Origin: Lama glama
Lineage: Eukaryota
Direction: 5' to 3'
Length of the DNA stretch: 64,000 bases
Assembly: GCA_028534125.1 (NCBI GenBank)
Contig: CM052817.1
Span: 89,034,001 to 89,098,000 of the forward strand
Shown here one piece after another: positions 38,610 through 50,935 of this stretch. Each line of letters begins with the position of its first letter. Positions within the stretch are counted from its first letter, which is position 1. The position numbers and the translations under genes were made by a program. The notes beneath the pieces are model-generated. The model worked only from the letters and a program-made list of their open reading frames with translations, had not been told where the DNA came from and searched no databases.

Positions 38610-40716
38610 TTTCTCCTTTCAACCAATTGCCATAACAAATTACACTAACTGGGTGGCTGGACTTGAATTTGGGGGGTACACTGTAATCCACCCTCTGTTA
38701 CTCCAAAATTCACATTCATTCCACAGGCAAAACATATTCACTTCATCCCAACAGTCTCAAGCCTTAACTCATTTCAGCAAAATCTCTCTAAGTCCAAAAT
38801 CTCATCTAAACACTCATAACTCAAGAAGTTCCAAATCACATCGTCTAAATCAAGTATGAGTGAGACTCCAGGTGTAATACATTTGCAGTATTTCAGCTGG
38901 CTTGACATTCTCAAGAACCGTGTCTGTTTCCCAGCTATTTCAAGGGGATGCAAACCCTTAGACACAAAGGTTCTCCACAGATCCCTCCTGTGCGATGTCA
39001 TCTCTACTTCTGGCTTCTGCTGATGATTTATTGTGTTCATAAGTCACATACCTCGTATCTCCAGCAACAGACTGTCCTCCTCATCCTTGGCATTCTCTCC
39101 AGAGTATGATTTAGCATCTTTTGAGATAAGAATAGGCTGATAATTTTCCAAAATATCAAATTCTAGTTGTTTTGCTTTACAGTTTCTTCTTTGATTTATT
39201 TATTTCTTCTCACATTGTATGATGACAGAGAAAGAGAAACCAGGCTGCACCTTCAATACTTGGCAAGGAAATATCCTCAGCTAAATATTGTTTCATTGCT
39301 TATAAGCTCTGCTTTCTGCCACAATTCAGCCAATTTTTTTTTGCCTCTTTATAACATAGATTGCCTTTTTTACAGTGTCAAATAACATGTTCTTCCTTTC
39401 CTTCTGAGAACTCAAGAGAAGTACCTTTTATGTCTATATTTTTACCAATAGTCCTAAACTTTTTCTATCATAAGCCTCAATAGTTTTAGTCTCTATTACC
39501 CAATTTCAAAGAAACTTCCACATTTCAAAATACTTGATAAAGAAGCACCCACTTTCTTTTTTGTACCAAAAAAAACTGATCTTTTTATTTTTTCTATTTT
39601 TTATTAAAGTATAGTCAGTTTACCATGTTGTGTTAATTTCTAGTGTACACCATAGGAATTCAGTTTTACATACATATGTGTATATATATACACACACACA
39701 CACACACATAAATATATATATATTCCTTTTTATATTCTTTTTCATTATAGGCTATTACAAGGTTTTGAATATAGTTCCTTGAGCTGTCCAGTGGGACCTT
39801 GCTGTTTATCTATTTGAAATATAGTAGTTAGTATCTGTAAACTCCAAACTCTCAGTTTGTTCCTCCACTGCCCTACTTTCCCCCTGGTAACCATAAGTTT
39901 GTTTTCTATGTCTGTGAGTCTGTTTCTGTTTTGTAAATAAATTCATTTGTGTCCTTTTTTTTTTTTTTTTAGGTTCTGCATATAAGTGATATCGTAGGGT
40001 ATTTTTTTCTTTCTCTTTCTGGATTACTTCACTTAGTATGACAATCTCAAGATCCATCCATGTTACTGCAAATGGCATTATTTCATTCTTTTTTATGGCT
40101 TTTTATGAGTAGTTTTCCATTATATATACATATAATGTAAATATATACCACAACTTCTTTATCCAACCATCTGTTGATGGACATTTAGGTGGCCTCCATG
40201 TCTTGGCTATTGTAAACAAAAGAAGCAACCCACTTCTAAGTACCAAACCCTGTAGGAGTTTTCTAGGGCTGCCATAATAGCGTATCATAAGCTGGGTGGT
40301 CGAAAACAACAAAAATTTATTCTCTCATAGTTCTATGAGATAGAGGTCTGAAATCCATGTGTCAGAAAGCCAATGCTCCCTTTGAAGACCCTAGGGAAGA
40401 ACCTTTCCTTCCCTTTCCGACTTCTAGTAATCCCAAGTGTTCTCTGGCTTGCGGTAACATAACTCCAAGTTCTGCCTACCTCCACCTTATAAAGAACTTG
40501 TTCTGTGTATGCCTGTGTCCTCTCATCTTCTTATAAGGACACCAGTCATTGGATTTAGGTTTCACCCTAACTTTAGTATGATATCATCTCAAGATCCTTA
40601 ACTAATTACATCTGCAAAAATCCTTCTTCCAAATAAAATGACATTTTAAAGCTGCAGCTGAGTGAGGTTCCAGCTGGATGAGGGGGAAGGGAGAGAGAAA
40701 CTAGTCAAAACACTAT
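38610..40716 (-). mobile_element. MaLR (MLT1C-like) provirus: collapsed LTR 38610-38685, internal region to ~39570, full LTR 40251-40716, with an L1 inserted
   Basis: MLT1-int 3' end (caaaattcacatt...aagtccaaaatctcatctaaa...tatgagtgagactcc) and 5' end (cacccactt...gtaccaa). LTR tgtaggagttttctagggctgccataa...ttataaggacaccagtcattggattt...attacatctgcaaa. Confidence 0.85.
39582..40216 (-). mobile_element. 5'-truncated camelid/cetartiodactyl L1 3' end
   Basis: T-rich tail and 3' UTR. ORF2 C-terminal peptides FTIAKTWRPPKCPSTDGWIKKLWYI and MPFAVTWMDLEIVILSEV appear in the ORF track. Confidence 0.93.
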
Positions 40717-41357
40717 ACCTTCTTTCCATAAGGTGAGAAATAGCAAATAAAGTCAAAAGCTGTTGCATTTGCCATTAAAATGCACCCTTTCAATGTTTTT
40801 TTTTTTTCCTATTTTAATCCAATATACACAGTACTACTTTCAACACACCTGCATGGACAGATAACTGGCAAGCTTCTGTAGAGGGAGAGGCTAGAAAGTC
40901 TCCAGAAATCCTAGCTTCTTTGGATTTGGTCTGTTCCTAATGGTGTTGAGTGATTTTTAAGCATTAAGAGGTTCATAAATATAAGACACACTCAAGTATA
41001 AGTATGTTTCTATTCCAAGTCAACCTCCTTTTTTTCCTGTTAGCGATATACCTTTGTCTCCAATACTAATAAAAAAATTACTTACAATTATTATTACAAA
41101 GTTTGAGAATATTTTGACTGAGGCCGGAAAACATGAGGTTTATTTCAAACCAGAAAAGAGTCTCGAATTTTTCCAATTGTAAAATAAGTCCTTCACCACT
41201 TGTCAGAAATTAAAACAAACACATACACAACACAGACACATATACTTTCTTCTAAGTTCTATAAGGAAGGTTGCCAAACAAATATGAGACTCTCCAAGTG
41301 AATTCCAAATGAGTGGCTTACAAAGGAAGAAATTATTTTATAAAGCTGGAAAGAATG

Positions 41358-41500
41358 CTAGAAAAGTTCAGTTCCAACTGTCCAACCATATAGTTTACAG
41401 TTGAAGAAAATGAGGACAAAGATACTGAATTTCCCCAAGTCACACAGCTCATTAGTGACAAGGCTGGCATTGTAAATCCTTGGTTTTACAGACTAAGTCT
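41358..41500 (-). mobile_element. MIR SINE fragment
   Basis: tttacagttgaagaaaatgagg...ccccaagtcacacagctcattagtgacaaggctgg. Confidence 0.7.
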
Positions 41501-42156
41501 GCTGATCTCTCTCATCTGCAGACCAAGCCCTTCGCTTGCTACTGATAGTGTCTCATAAAAATGACAAAGACTTGAGCTTTCTCTGCTTCTCTGCAGTGTT
41601 CATGCTGAGTCCTGTGACTCACATGCTGATCTGCCTTTCTCCCTGGAAGCCTCACCCGTGTGGTGAAGACCCTGCACAGCGGGAGCTGATGCCGAGGATC
41701 AGACCCATCTATTAGAAAGATATGTAGACAGGAGTAATCAACTCACTTCTTTGCCAATGAAAACCAAACCATTATTTTTAAGTCCAATATTATAAGACTG
41801 TCTAATTATATATAAGAAGGGCAGAGGGCATTAATAATGTCAGTTTTAATACACTGTTTTAAGGGTCAAATGAGTCAGCATAGCGAAATTGTCTGACATG
41901 TAGTAGGAAATCAGGGAATATTAATCCCCTCTTTACTATTCAACAGATGGATACAGACCAAAGAATTGAAATAACATCAGATAAACATAAACTAAGGGGT
42001 CAGAACTATTGACAATATTTAGACAAAAGAGAAATTCAAGACATAACACTGACAGTTTCTCAGATGTGTCCAGTTTGTTGCATCGAGTGCATAAATAATT
42101 TGATAGTCGTTGAATTTTAGGGCTGGAATAAAGCTTAGTAGGTACTTAATCTGAAT

Positions 42157-42382
42157 CAGGACTTTTCATCCTCAGCACTATTGAAAGTTTGGTCCAGACC
42201 ATTTTTTTTTTTTTTTTGCTTGGCAGGGAGAGGGATTGTCCTGTCCACTGTAAGTAGTTCAGCAGCATTTCTGACCTCCACTCACTGGATGTCACTAACA
42301 CTCCCAAGCCCCAAGCTGTGATGACAGAAACGCGGCCAAATGTACCTTGAAGGCAAAACTGCCCCCAGTTGAGAACCACATG
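42157..42382. mobile_element. MER20 hAT-Charlie MITE
   Basis: caggacttttcatcctcagcactattga...tgtcctgtccactgtaag...cagcagcatttctgacctccac...ggcaaaactgcccccagttgagaaccac. Confidence 0.9.
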
Positions 42383-42489
42383 CCTGAACCATCATTTAAT
42401 TTATGAGAATTAGAAATATCAAGAATTTGGCTGGTGTCCTCTAAATAATCTATCAACTACAGTGAAGTGGATAAGAAATTACAATGACC

Positions 42490-42660
42490 TAGGGAATCAT
42501 GTGGCTTTAGTTTGGGTTTTTCCTCTGCCTCTTTCTCTGAGTGTGACTTAGAATAATTCACTTACCTGCTATTGTCTCAATTCTCTCATTTAAAATAGGA
42601 AAAATATACTTCACCTGCCTTCACCATTGGATTCTGGGTGGATAAAATAGGATAGTGTTT
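42490..42660 (+). mobile_element. MIR SINE fragment
   Basis: gtgtgacttagaataattcacttacc...gtctcaattctctcatttaaaatagg. Confidence 0.6.
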
Positions 42661-42824
42661 TTAAAGGTTTGGAGGCAACCCACCTCCACACACAGGTGCC
42701 TGTGCACACAGATACACCTGTGTATTATTATCATCACTAATCTCAAATAGGAGCCAGATCTTAAGCCCAGTTGCCTTCGTGCATAATTTGATCCACTGAA
42801 GCAACACTTAGAGCTGCCTATAAA

Positions 42825-43013
42825 GCAGTATTATCAAGATATGTTTTAGCTACCACCTCCGTAAGAATAGTGTGGCAATGCTTGCTAAAATGCAGATACT
42901 CAGGCCCATTCCCAGTTAATTTAATTTAAAAGTCTGGAGAAGACCTTTGAATTGGCATGGTGAAAGGATAACTTGGATGACTCTGCAGTTCTCTTGTTAT
43001 TTTGGAATCACTG
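42825..43013. mobile_element. MER5B-like hAT MITE
   Basis: cagtattatcaa...gcttgctaaaatgcagatactcaggcccattcccag...ttttggaatcactg. Confidence 0.65.
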
Positions 43014-43129
43014 ACAGGCCAATTGTTTTCAGGCATTTTCAAAATAGCTTCTGTGATTTCCAAGTGTTATTATTCCCCAGTTTATTGTTTTCCAAGCATC
43101 TTTTATTTGCCAAAAATATCTATTGACAT

Positions 43130-43770
43130 ACAGTTTTTACTAAGTCACTCCCTGCTAAATTTCCCTCAGTGAGACTTCTCTCTGGTATAACATGCCAACA
43201 CTCTAGCATGATAAATTATCCTTCTATGATCTGTTCCCTTCTATGATCTGTTCCCTTTTCTAAACTGATCAACTACATCTCCTATATCTTTTTTTGTTTT
43301 CATGTACCTCTCCCTTCCTGACTTTATCCTACCTTTCATAAATCACCCCTCCTGACATGCACACCCCAGATCTCACATTTGAGGCTCCTACAGTAGTAAA
43401 CTTTCTGTAACTCCCAAACACAGGTCATTCTCACAAACACTGTGCTTTGCAAATGTTTGTACTCCACTATACACAACGTGAAAGCCTATCTAACTTTCTA
43501 TCTCATGAAGCACTCTGCAGCTAGATGCTCTTACCTAACTTCTAAAGTAACTCTATACACATTCCCCAGTACTCCTGCTTTTTAAATTCATCAAGTATTG
43601 GTAGTAGCATGGTGTGTGTGTGTGTGTGTGTGCACGCGTGCGTGCGTGTCTCCATGGACCACAGGACCACAGGGTTCACTGATGCAGGAAACAGTACATT
43701 TCCATTCGATTATTTTGTATACAGCACCATAGTTGGCACATAGTGAAGATTAATAAACACTTGTTGGAAA
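43130..43770 (+). mobile_element. L2 3' end, containing a 17-bp tandem duplication (43220-43253) and (TG)n at ~43612-43648
   Basis: gtcactccctgctaaa... ending gttggcacatagtgaagattaataaacacttgttg. ccttctatgatctgttc occurs twice. Confidence 0.7.
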
Positions 43771-44405
43771 AACAAATGGTGCTGTGAGTAATACAAATAC
43801 AACTGAGATAAAATAGTAGCTCAAAAAACTTGCAAAGTAGTGAGTGAGATGATTATAACTGTAAATAAATATGAAATAGAATGTAATGAGTACGCCACCA
43901 TCTTAATGGTACAATATTACGGGAGCACAGAAACCTTTATTCATTTCTATGTCCAACTAGATCCAAAAGAGTTCTTTTGTAAAGTGATTGATTATAGTAT
44001 CTCATTAATCCATGCATAGCTGTTTTCTGAAGAGAACATGGTGTTAATCAACTGTCATTATAATATATTTTTAAAATATTGATTTCAGGATTATCTCAGC
44101 CACAGGAATGGCCTTTTCCAAAAAGAATTATTTTCCTACTTCTTTCACCACTAATATCTACTTCATATTGTGATAATATTGTCTCCTTGGTATAATGGTC
44201 TGCATTATTCTTATTCCAAACTTTAGCCTCTCCTGCCTAAATACTACATAATCACACCAGAACTAATCTCATGTTTCCCATAAAGCAGAGGCACTATGTA
44301 AATCTGATTTTCTTCTGAGGTCCCTGCAACTTTTAATTAACAAGATTTACTTATCACCTACTCTCTGTTGAACAGTGAGTGGATATAAAAGTAATTAAAG
44401 AGATA

Positions 44406-44505
44406 NNNNNNNNNNNNNNNNNNNNNNNNNNNNNNNNNNNNNNNNNNNNNNNNNNNNNNNNNNNNNNNNNNNNNNNNNNNNNNNNNNNNNNNNNNNNNNN
44501 NNNNN
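44406..44505. other. Assembly gap (100 N)
   Basis: Run of N. Confidence 1.
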
Positions 44506-44693
44506 ATGAGTCTATTTCTGTCCTGTATTTATGCTTTGTTTTTGTTTGTTTGTTTTTGTTTTTTAGATTCCACATATGAGCGATCTCATATGGTATTTTT
44601 CTTTCTCTTTCTGGCTTACTTCACTTAGAATGACATTCTCCAGGAGCATCCATGTTGCTGCAAATGGCATTATGTTGTCAGTTTTTATGGCTG
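44506..44693 (-). mobile_element. Young camelid L1 3' fragment running into the gap
   Basis: ttagattccacatatgagcgatctcatatggtatttttctttctctttctggcttacttcacttagaatgacattctccaggagcatccatgttgctgcaaatggc, near-identical to the antisense of 55371-55550. Confidence 0.93.
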
Positions 44694-45661
44694 TCATCTC
44701 TTAATCTCATATCAAATAAATATTGTATTATAATATGAGATTGAATGCTACAGAAATACATATCTGTTAGTATTTACTCAGCATAAATAAATAGATAACA
44801 TGAATTTATTTAAATAACCTACATTATAATTTCATTTTATATCTTCACCTAGCAGACTTTTTAAAAATTTTCCTTAATGGGTCATATGCTTTGTTAAAGA
44901 CAAATCATTCATGAAATAATCATTCATTTATCAATGTTACACATGACTCTTTTCAAATATTCCCATGCAAAAAAAAAAAAACCTCTCAAAAGTCTATAAA
45001 ACAGAAAAAATAGTAGACATTTTGTTTCTAGTTGATATATAAAAAGAGAAAAAAATCATCTTATTGTATTTAATAGTTATTGAGAACTATTTGCATTTAC
45101 AGAAAGTACCTTCAAGTGCTTGCTTAGAACTTTCTTTTTTTTTTTTATCAAAGATACCGGTCAATACTTTATAGCTTTTCTGAGCTTATGCATTCTGATC
45201 AAACTTTGGAATATAAAAGATTAAACCTCTCAGCTAATTACATGCCTGAAGGCACATTAACAATGCAAGTGTCAATGCTCTGTTAAAAATTCATTTTGCA
45301 TTTTTAACACAGTCCTGATAGCAAAACTTTGAAGGCAACAAAGTGGAAAGAGTTATAGTCTTATTTTAAAAGATAGCCTAGGAACCTTGAGAAATTGGAA
45401 CTTCATTATTTCACATTATGGAAAATATCAGAGGTAGTATGAAATCAAAATGAATTTTTACATACTTAAAAATTTCATGGATCGTTGAACTTCAGCGAGT
45501 TGGACCTAAGAATCTTTTGGCCCCACCTTTTCATTTCACTATTGAGACTATTAAAGCATAGATTTTGACTTGTACAAGAATAGACAGAGAGCTTTCCACA
45601 GTATTGTTGCCCATTAACACTGCAGAACCTATTTTGTAGTATGTTTGAAATATGTGCTTCC

Positions 45662-46068
45662 AGTTATGGACTGAGTTGTGTCCCCTACAAAACTGTGATG
45701 AAACTCTAACCCTCTAGCTCAGAATGTGACTGTATTTAGAGACAAAGCATTGAAAGAAGTGATTACATTAAAATGAGGCCTTTAGGGTGGGGCCTAATCC
45801 AAACTGACTAGTGTCTTTATAAAAAGAGGAAATTTAGACACACAGAGAGATACTGGGGGTGCATGCACACAGAGGGAAGACCCTGTGAGGGCACAGGTGA
45901 AGGCGGCCATCTGCAAGCCAAGGAAAGCAGCCTCAGAAGAAACCAAACCTGCTGATACCTTGGTCTTGAAATTCCAGCCTCTAGAACCATGAAGAGGGAA
46001 TGCATTTCTGTTGTTTGAGCCACCCAGTCTGTGATACTTTGTTATGGTAGCCCTAGTAAACTAAGTCA
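45662..46068 (+). mobile_element. MLT1B MaLR solo LTR
   Basis: gttatggactgagttgtgtcccc...cagaatgtgactgtattt...cagaagaaaccaaacctgctgatacc...gttatggtagccctagtaaactaa. Confidence 0.92.
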
Positions 46069-47828
46069 TTGCTTAAATTATGCAAAATGTAGTGTACATT
46101 TTGTGATAGAATTCTAGATACTAACTTTTTAAGTTTACCCTCTCTACAGAACTCTGAGTTTGCATCAAAACATTCAATCTGATATGAAAAGATTTTATTG
46201 TCTTAGATTAAGGGAAGCAATTTCCAGTTTATACTGAAGAATGCGTTACATGAAATAACCAGCAAAATAAAACTGAATTTGGTGTGTGGGCAGATGAAAC
46301 TTGAAAATTACAAGTAGAGTTGCATGTGCATCATAATTGACTGCATGACAAAAGTAGAAATCATTACGAAGGTCAAAATGATAAATTGAATTCTATGTAT
46401 TTCATTTTTGACATTTTTGAAAAATATCAAAAATGTGTTATTTATCCAACTTTAAGTTAGAACCACTAATTTATATTTGTAATTTTCATATTGACATAGT
46501 ATGAACACAATACTAAGTTTCAAATTTTTTCAAATAAAAATTCTTAAAGAATACGGAATTTCTGTTTTTATGAAATTATGAAAGAAGCTACTTAAGTGAA
46601 AATAAATTTTGGCTTAAAGAAAGAAACCTCAAATTATATTATCCCTTAATTAGCAGTATGATTATGAGTACATGGCTTCCTTTCTCTGGCCTCAATTGCC
46701 ATACATCTAAAAGAAGGATTATTCTAAATGATCTCAGTATTTATTTTTTATCCTAAAATTCATTCTGTGCTGAATAATGTTATTAGAAGAGTTATTTCTG
46801 ACAGTTGAATACAAAAATAGCCAATATCTACCTTGGGGAAAAAGATAGTCTTAGGAGAAAAAAGTAAACCTCTTTAAGTTCTGTATTCTCTAATCTTCTT
46901 ATGAATCAGAAAGAGAAAGAGTGAGAAATTGGCAGGTGTTTAATTTGTTAAGACCCTTGCAACAATAATTTTCTCAAGGCATTTCCCAGGCTTTGCTGTG
47001 ACAGAGCCAAAGTGCACCTCAATGCTGTCTAATCAGACTGCTGTTCACCAAACTGAAAAATGTATTTTGCACCTTTTTTTCCCCCTACAGTTTCCTACAG
47101 ATGTGACAGAGCAAGTGAGGGCAGAATTATAAACAGTTGCTGTAGAAAATCACTGAGAGATAAAAAAAAAGTAAATGTTTTCTTAAGAGTTGCTCTTTAT
47201 GCACTTAACTTCTCCAGCTGAAGTTTTACTTGGTCAGAATACTCAGTCATAAATAGCTGTTGATACAGCATGGAGAGGTTGAAGGGGAGAGTTACTGATT
47301 CTGAGTGGACATAATTTGAAATGACAAGAAATTTGGCCTAAGAGGTAGGATCTGTGTCTTGACTTTGCAAGTAATTTAATAACGATGAGCTCTCGAATCA
47401 ATAGCAGCCACAATTTAATATATCTAAAATAAGTAGTTCATTCAAGTATTCAGTAAACATTTGTTGAGGACACAGAGGTGCCACACATTTGTGCTAATTT
47501 CCTGAAATCAGAAAAATAAAAGAAAGCTGCAATTCAGTAATGGAGACTGAGAAGTAAAATGATCATTGCAACCCCTGGGAAGGACTATTATGACAGAGGT
47601 TTGCATGCTATTCTGTGGAATTGAGGAGCATCTAACCCAGCCTGGAGGAAAATAATATTGCAAGTTTTCAGTGTCATTGGATTTTGTGCTGAGTGTAGAA
47701 ATAGCTTCATGGCCTATGTATACAGAAACATTAAGGGAAAGCAGATTAGTGTGCACAAAAGGATTGCACAGACTAACTACCAGGAAGGACTGAGTGTGAT
47801 ACTGGTGTTAATATTTGTGTCCTGTAAG

Positions 47829-48331
47829 TGTAACCAAGCAGATTTCTATGGGGCCTTCCAGGACAGACCCATCCCCCATATCCTCTGCTTTGGCTCCTCG
47901 ATGAAGTATCAAGATAGTAGTTTCTGATGCACGTATCCTGAGTTGCTTTATCGATTCAAAAACCCTCCCACCAAATGGAAGACATTAACTACTTGATGAC
48001 CATGAGTACGTAGCCCCCAGACCCAGCCTAGGGATTGATAATGTCAGCCTTGTGACACCGCCCTGCTACCTCACCATCAACCAGTCAGAGAATTGTGCAC
48101 CAACTGATCACATACACTGCAACTCCTCTCCCTCACCTGACCTTTAAAATACTTTGCTGAAATGCAACAGGGAGTTCGGGTGTTTTGAGCACTAGCTGTC
48201 CCAGACTCCTTGTACAGTGCCCTGCAGTACACACTGTGCTTTTCTGCTTTCCTTCACCACAACCTGGTGTTAGCAGATTGGCCTTACCACGCGGGGGAGA
48301 GCAGACCCAAGTGTGGTTTAGTTTGGTAACA
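47829..48331 (+). mobile_element. ERV1-type solo LTR (cetartiodactyl)
   Basis: Terminal inverted repeats TGTAACCAA / TTGGTAACA (8/9), cctttaaaa TATA-like box, and cagagaattgtgcac...tgatcaca motif. No exact TSD seen. Confidence 0.85.
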
Positions 48332-50319
48332 AGTTTCCATCCAAATCTAATAGGCTGTTTAAAACATTTCCAAACATGTATTTGAAACATACAAATAAAA
48401 ATCCCAGAAGTATGTAGTCCACAAATATCTGGATAAAAAATAAGGAGGTATTAGAAAAAAATCTTCCCTGCCAACATGTCTAGAAAGAAGTCATGTTCTA
48501 GCACTGGGCCCTTCCAAGAGGGAGGACCTGGACTGTGCCACATGTATCCTGTGTTCTTGGTTTACCTCCAAACACCATGAAATATTCTGGTGAGATAAAC
48601 TATAAATGAGTAAATCAGTACACAATTCTCCCAGTTTTCTCTGATGTTCAAGCAGCCCTCTGTGTGCCGCATGCTGTAAATGCCATGTTCTCAACCCTGC
48701 TTGCTTCAGTTTTCCCATATTACCAGATATGATCAGTTCACTGTTTGTGTACGAGCACAAAGACCATAGAATTCTCTAGTGCTGTGGAGGGCAGTATTTT
48801 GACTGTGAAGTGAGTGAAGCATGTGATTTAAGTCACTGCATTTACTTTGAGGAGTAAATGATGGCCATGCAAGGAGAGGAGTGTCTGTGAAAGCAGTAGC
48901 AATTCCAGCAGAGCACATGTGGGAAATGAAACTATTACTGCTTCAGCCTCGTTAGTTTTTGTCACCACTTACGACTTTCCAAGAAAGATTCTGAGCCTGG
49001 AGAATATACCTACTCTTACTGGTATAGAGTGTACATTGTTTGTAAAAAACAGACAGTATTACTAGACAGGGTCTCCATCCGAGGCAACGTATTTTAACGA
49101 AGCATCTAACTTAGTAGGATCATTGGAGTGAAGTTGTCCTGTTCAGATTCTCAGCAAGAGGATTGAATGGATAGATGGGGAGATTTTTCTGGCCTGTGTT
49201 TGTGCATTAGGTCATCTAAACAAATGCTTATTTCATATAAAAAAAATCAATAGCAAACCTAATGGATGTGGGAAAAGAGTATGCTCTCTTTCTGTTTTGT
49301 GTGTGTGTGGTGGGAGTGGGGTAAGGCGGAACAGTTGGGTAAAATGGCTGATTTTTAAGTTGTTAGCCCTCATCTTCCTCCCTGACTTGTTTTATATCCA
49401 AGTAACTTCATAAAAGATTTCTCTGAACTCTAAGCCCTAAGGTAGGTTTTAATTCAAATTGCTCTGAGAACATATGCTTGATTTTGTAATAAGCACTTAA
49501 AACTATTTCCATGTAATGCTATTATTTTTCCTTTGTGTAGTATAAAATACTAAAATTATCTTTTATCCTTAATTTCATTCACATATCTGGTCACATTAAT
49601 TGGGTTATATAGTAAACATCTAGTTAGTACATAATTTTGATGTCACATATAAACTAAATGCTGTTTTTCCTTAAAATTCAGGGTTTTACTGACTCAATAT
49701 TAATATCTATATGTATGATTTAAAAATATTATTTTAAGCATGAAAACATATTCTATGGGCCTGAATATGCTAACTGTATAATGGATCCATTGTGAATAAA
49801 GCAAATATGTTTTCTCAAGCCCAGAATTATATTCCTCTTCTGAGGTTTATTTTGTCTTCTTAAGCAGAACTATAATATATCATAGTGAGATTCTGATATC
49901 CTTGAACAAGTCTGTTTTCTCAAACATTAACTTCCCCGCTTTACAAGAAACTACTCGGTATGTTCATTTGAGAATAACATTGACCTTTTTCACACTGGTG
50001 CTACACTACCACTTCCTATTTAATTCATTACCACCCCTTGCCCTTCTCTGATTCCTATTTTTTTTAACAAGATTTCCACCCTCTAATTTGAAGCCATGTC
50101 TTCTGTTTAAGAAATTGTCTGAAGCAGTGATCCACATTAACTTTTCAGCAGGTTTGTGACTTCCAGTTTTTAAATGTCCTGTGTTTCTCTTACTTGAGAA
50201 AAACACAGAGTAATAAACTTGACTAGAAATAATTTCCAGTGTAGGCACAAATTCCTGGATTTTCAAGAGATCAGAGTCAATTTTTTTTCACATCATATCC
50301 AGAAAGAGAATTCAACGAA

Positions 50320-50636
50320 TGTTCTGTTGTAACAAAAGTATCCTACAATGAAGTGGCCCAAGTACAACAGAATTTTATTGGTCTCTTCTGGAAAAGGCCA
50401 TGTCTGCAGCTGGTCAGGATAAATGCTTCTACACCATCCGTCACACAGGAGCCCTGATTCCTTCTGTCTTGTTGCTGCTGTCTCATCCCTGTCCCAGGGG
50501 TTGTACTCAGGTGCACAGGTGACGCTGCTCCCACTGTCGTGTTCACATCCCAGCCTGTAGGAAAGGGGAAAGGGAGGAAGTACAAGGCAAGCAATATCCT
50601 TATAAATATGCACTCAGGGAGTACATGCATCACTGT
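50320..50636 (-). mobile_element. MLT1J-like MaLR LTR, split by the ERV1 provirus (resumes at 56551-56599)
   Basis: tgtaacaaaag...aagtggcccaagtacaacagaattttatt...cacatcccagcctgtaggaaagggg...catcac. Confidence 0.65.
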
Positions 50637-50935
50637 TGTTGCTGAGTCCAAACTCATTCTGCTCGCCACACGACAGGCCAATAAATCGGAGACGAGGTGT
50701 TGGGGCAAGGAAGAAAGCCGGAAGACTGAGAGGATGGCAGACTAAGGTCTTGGAGAACCATCCTGCTCTAGTCAGAATACAGGCTCCTTTTATACAAAAA
50801 AAACAAGGGAAGGGGTGTGGTTGATTGTTGCAATATTCTTGCTGCAGGCATTCTTTGTTCTTGCAGCCATCCCCGTGGGCTAGGTCATGGTGTCCCTGTA
50901 AACCTCCAACAAAACAAAGGTTAAACTCTACTACA
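50637..50935 (-). mobile_element. 3' LTR of the ERV1 provirus (299 bp)
   Basis: Homologous to 56219-56550 but lacks 15 bp (tagccactttacttg) present in the 5' LTR. Confidence 0.93.
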
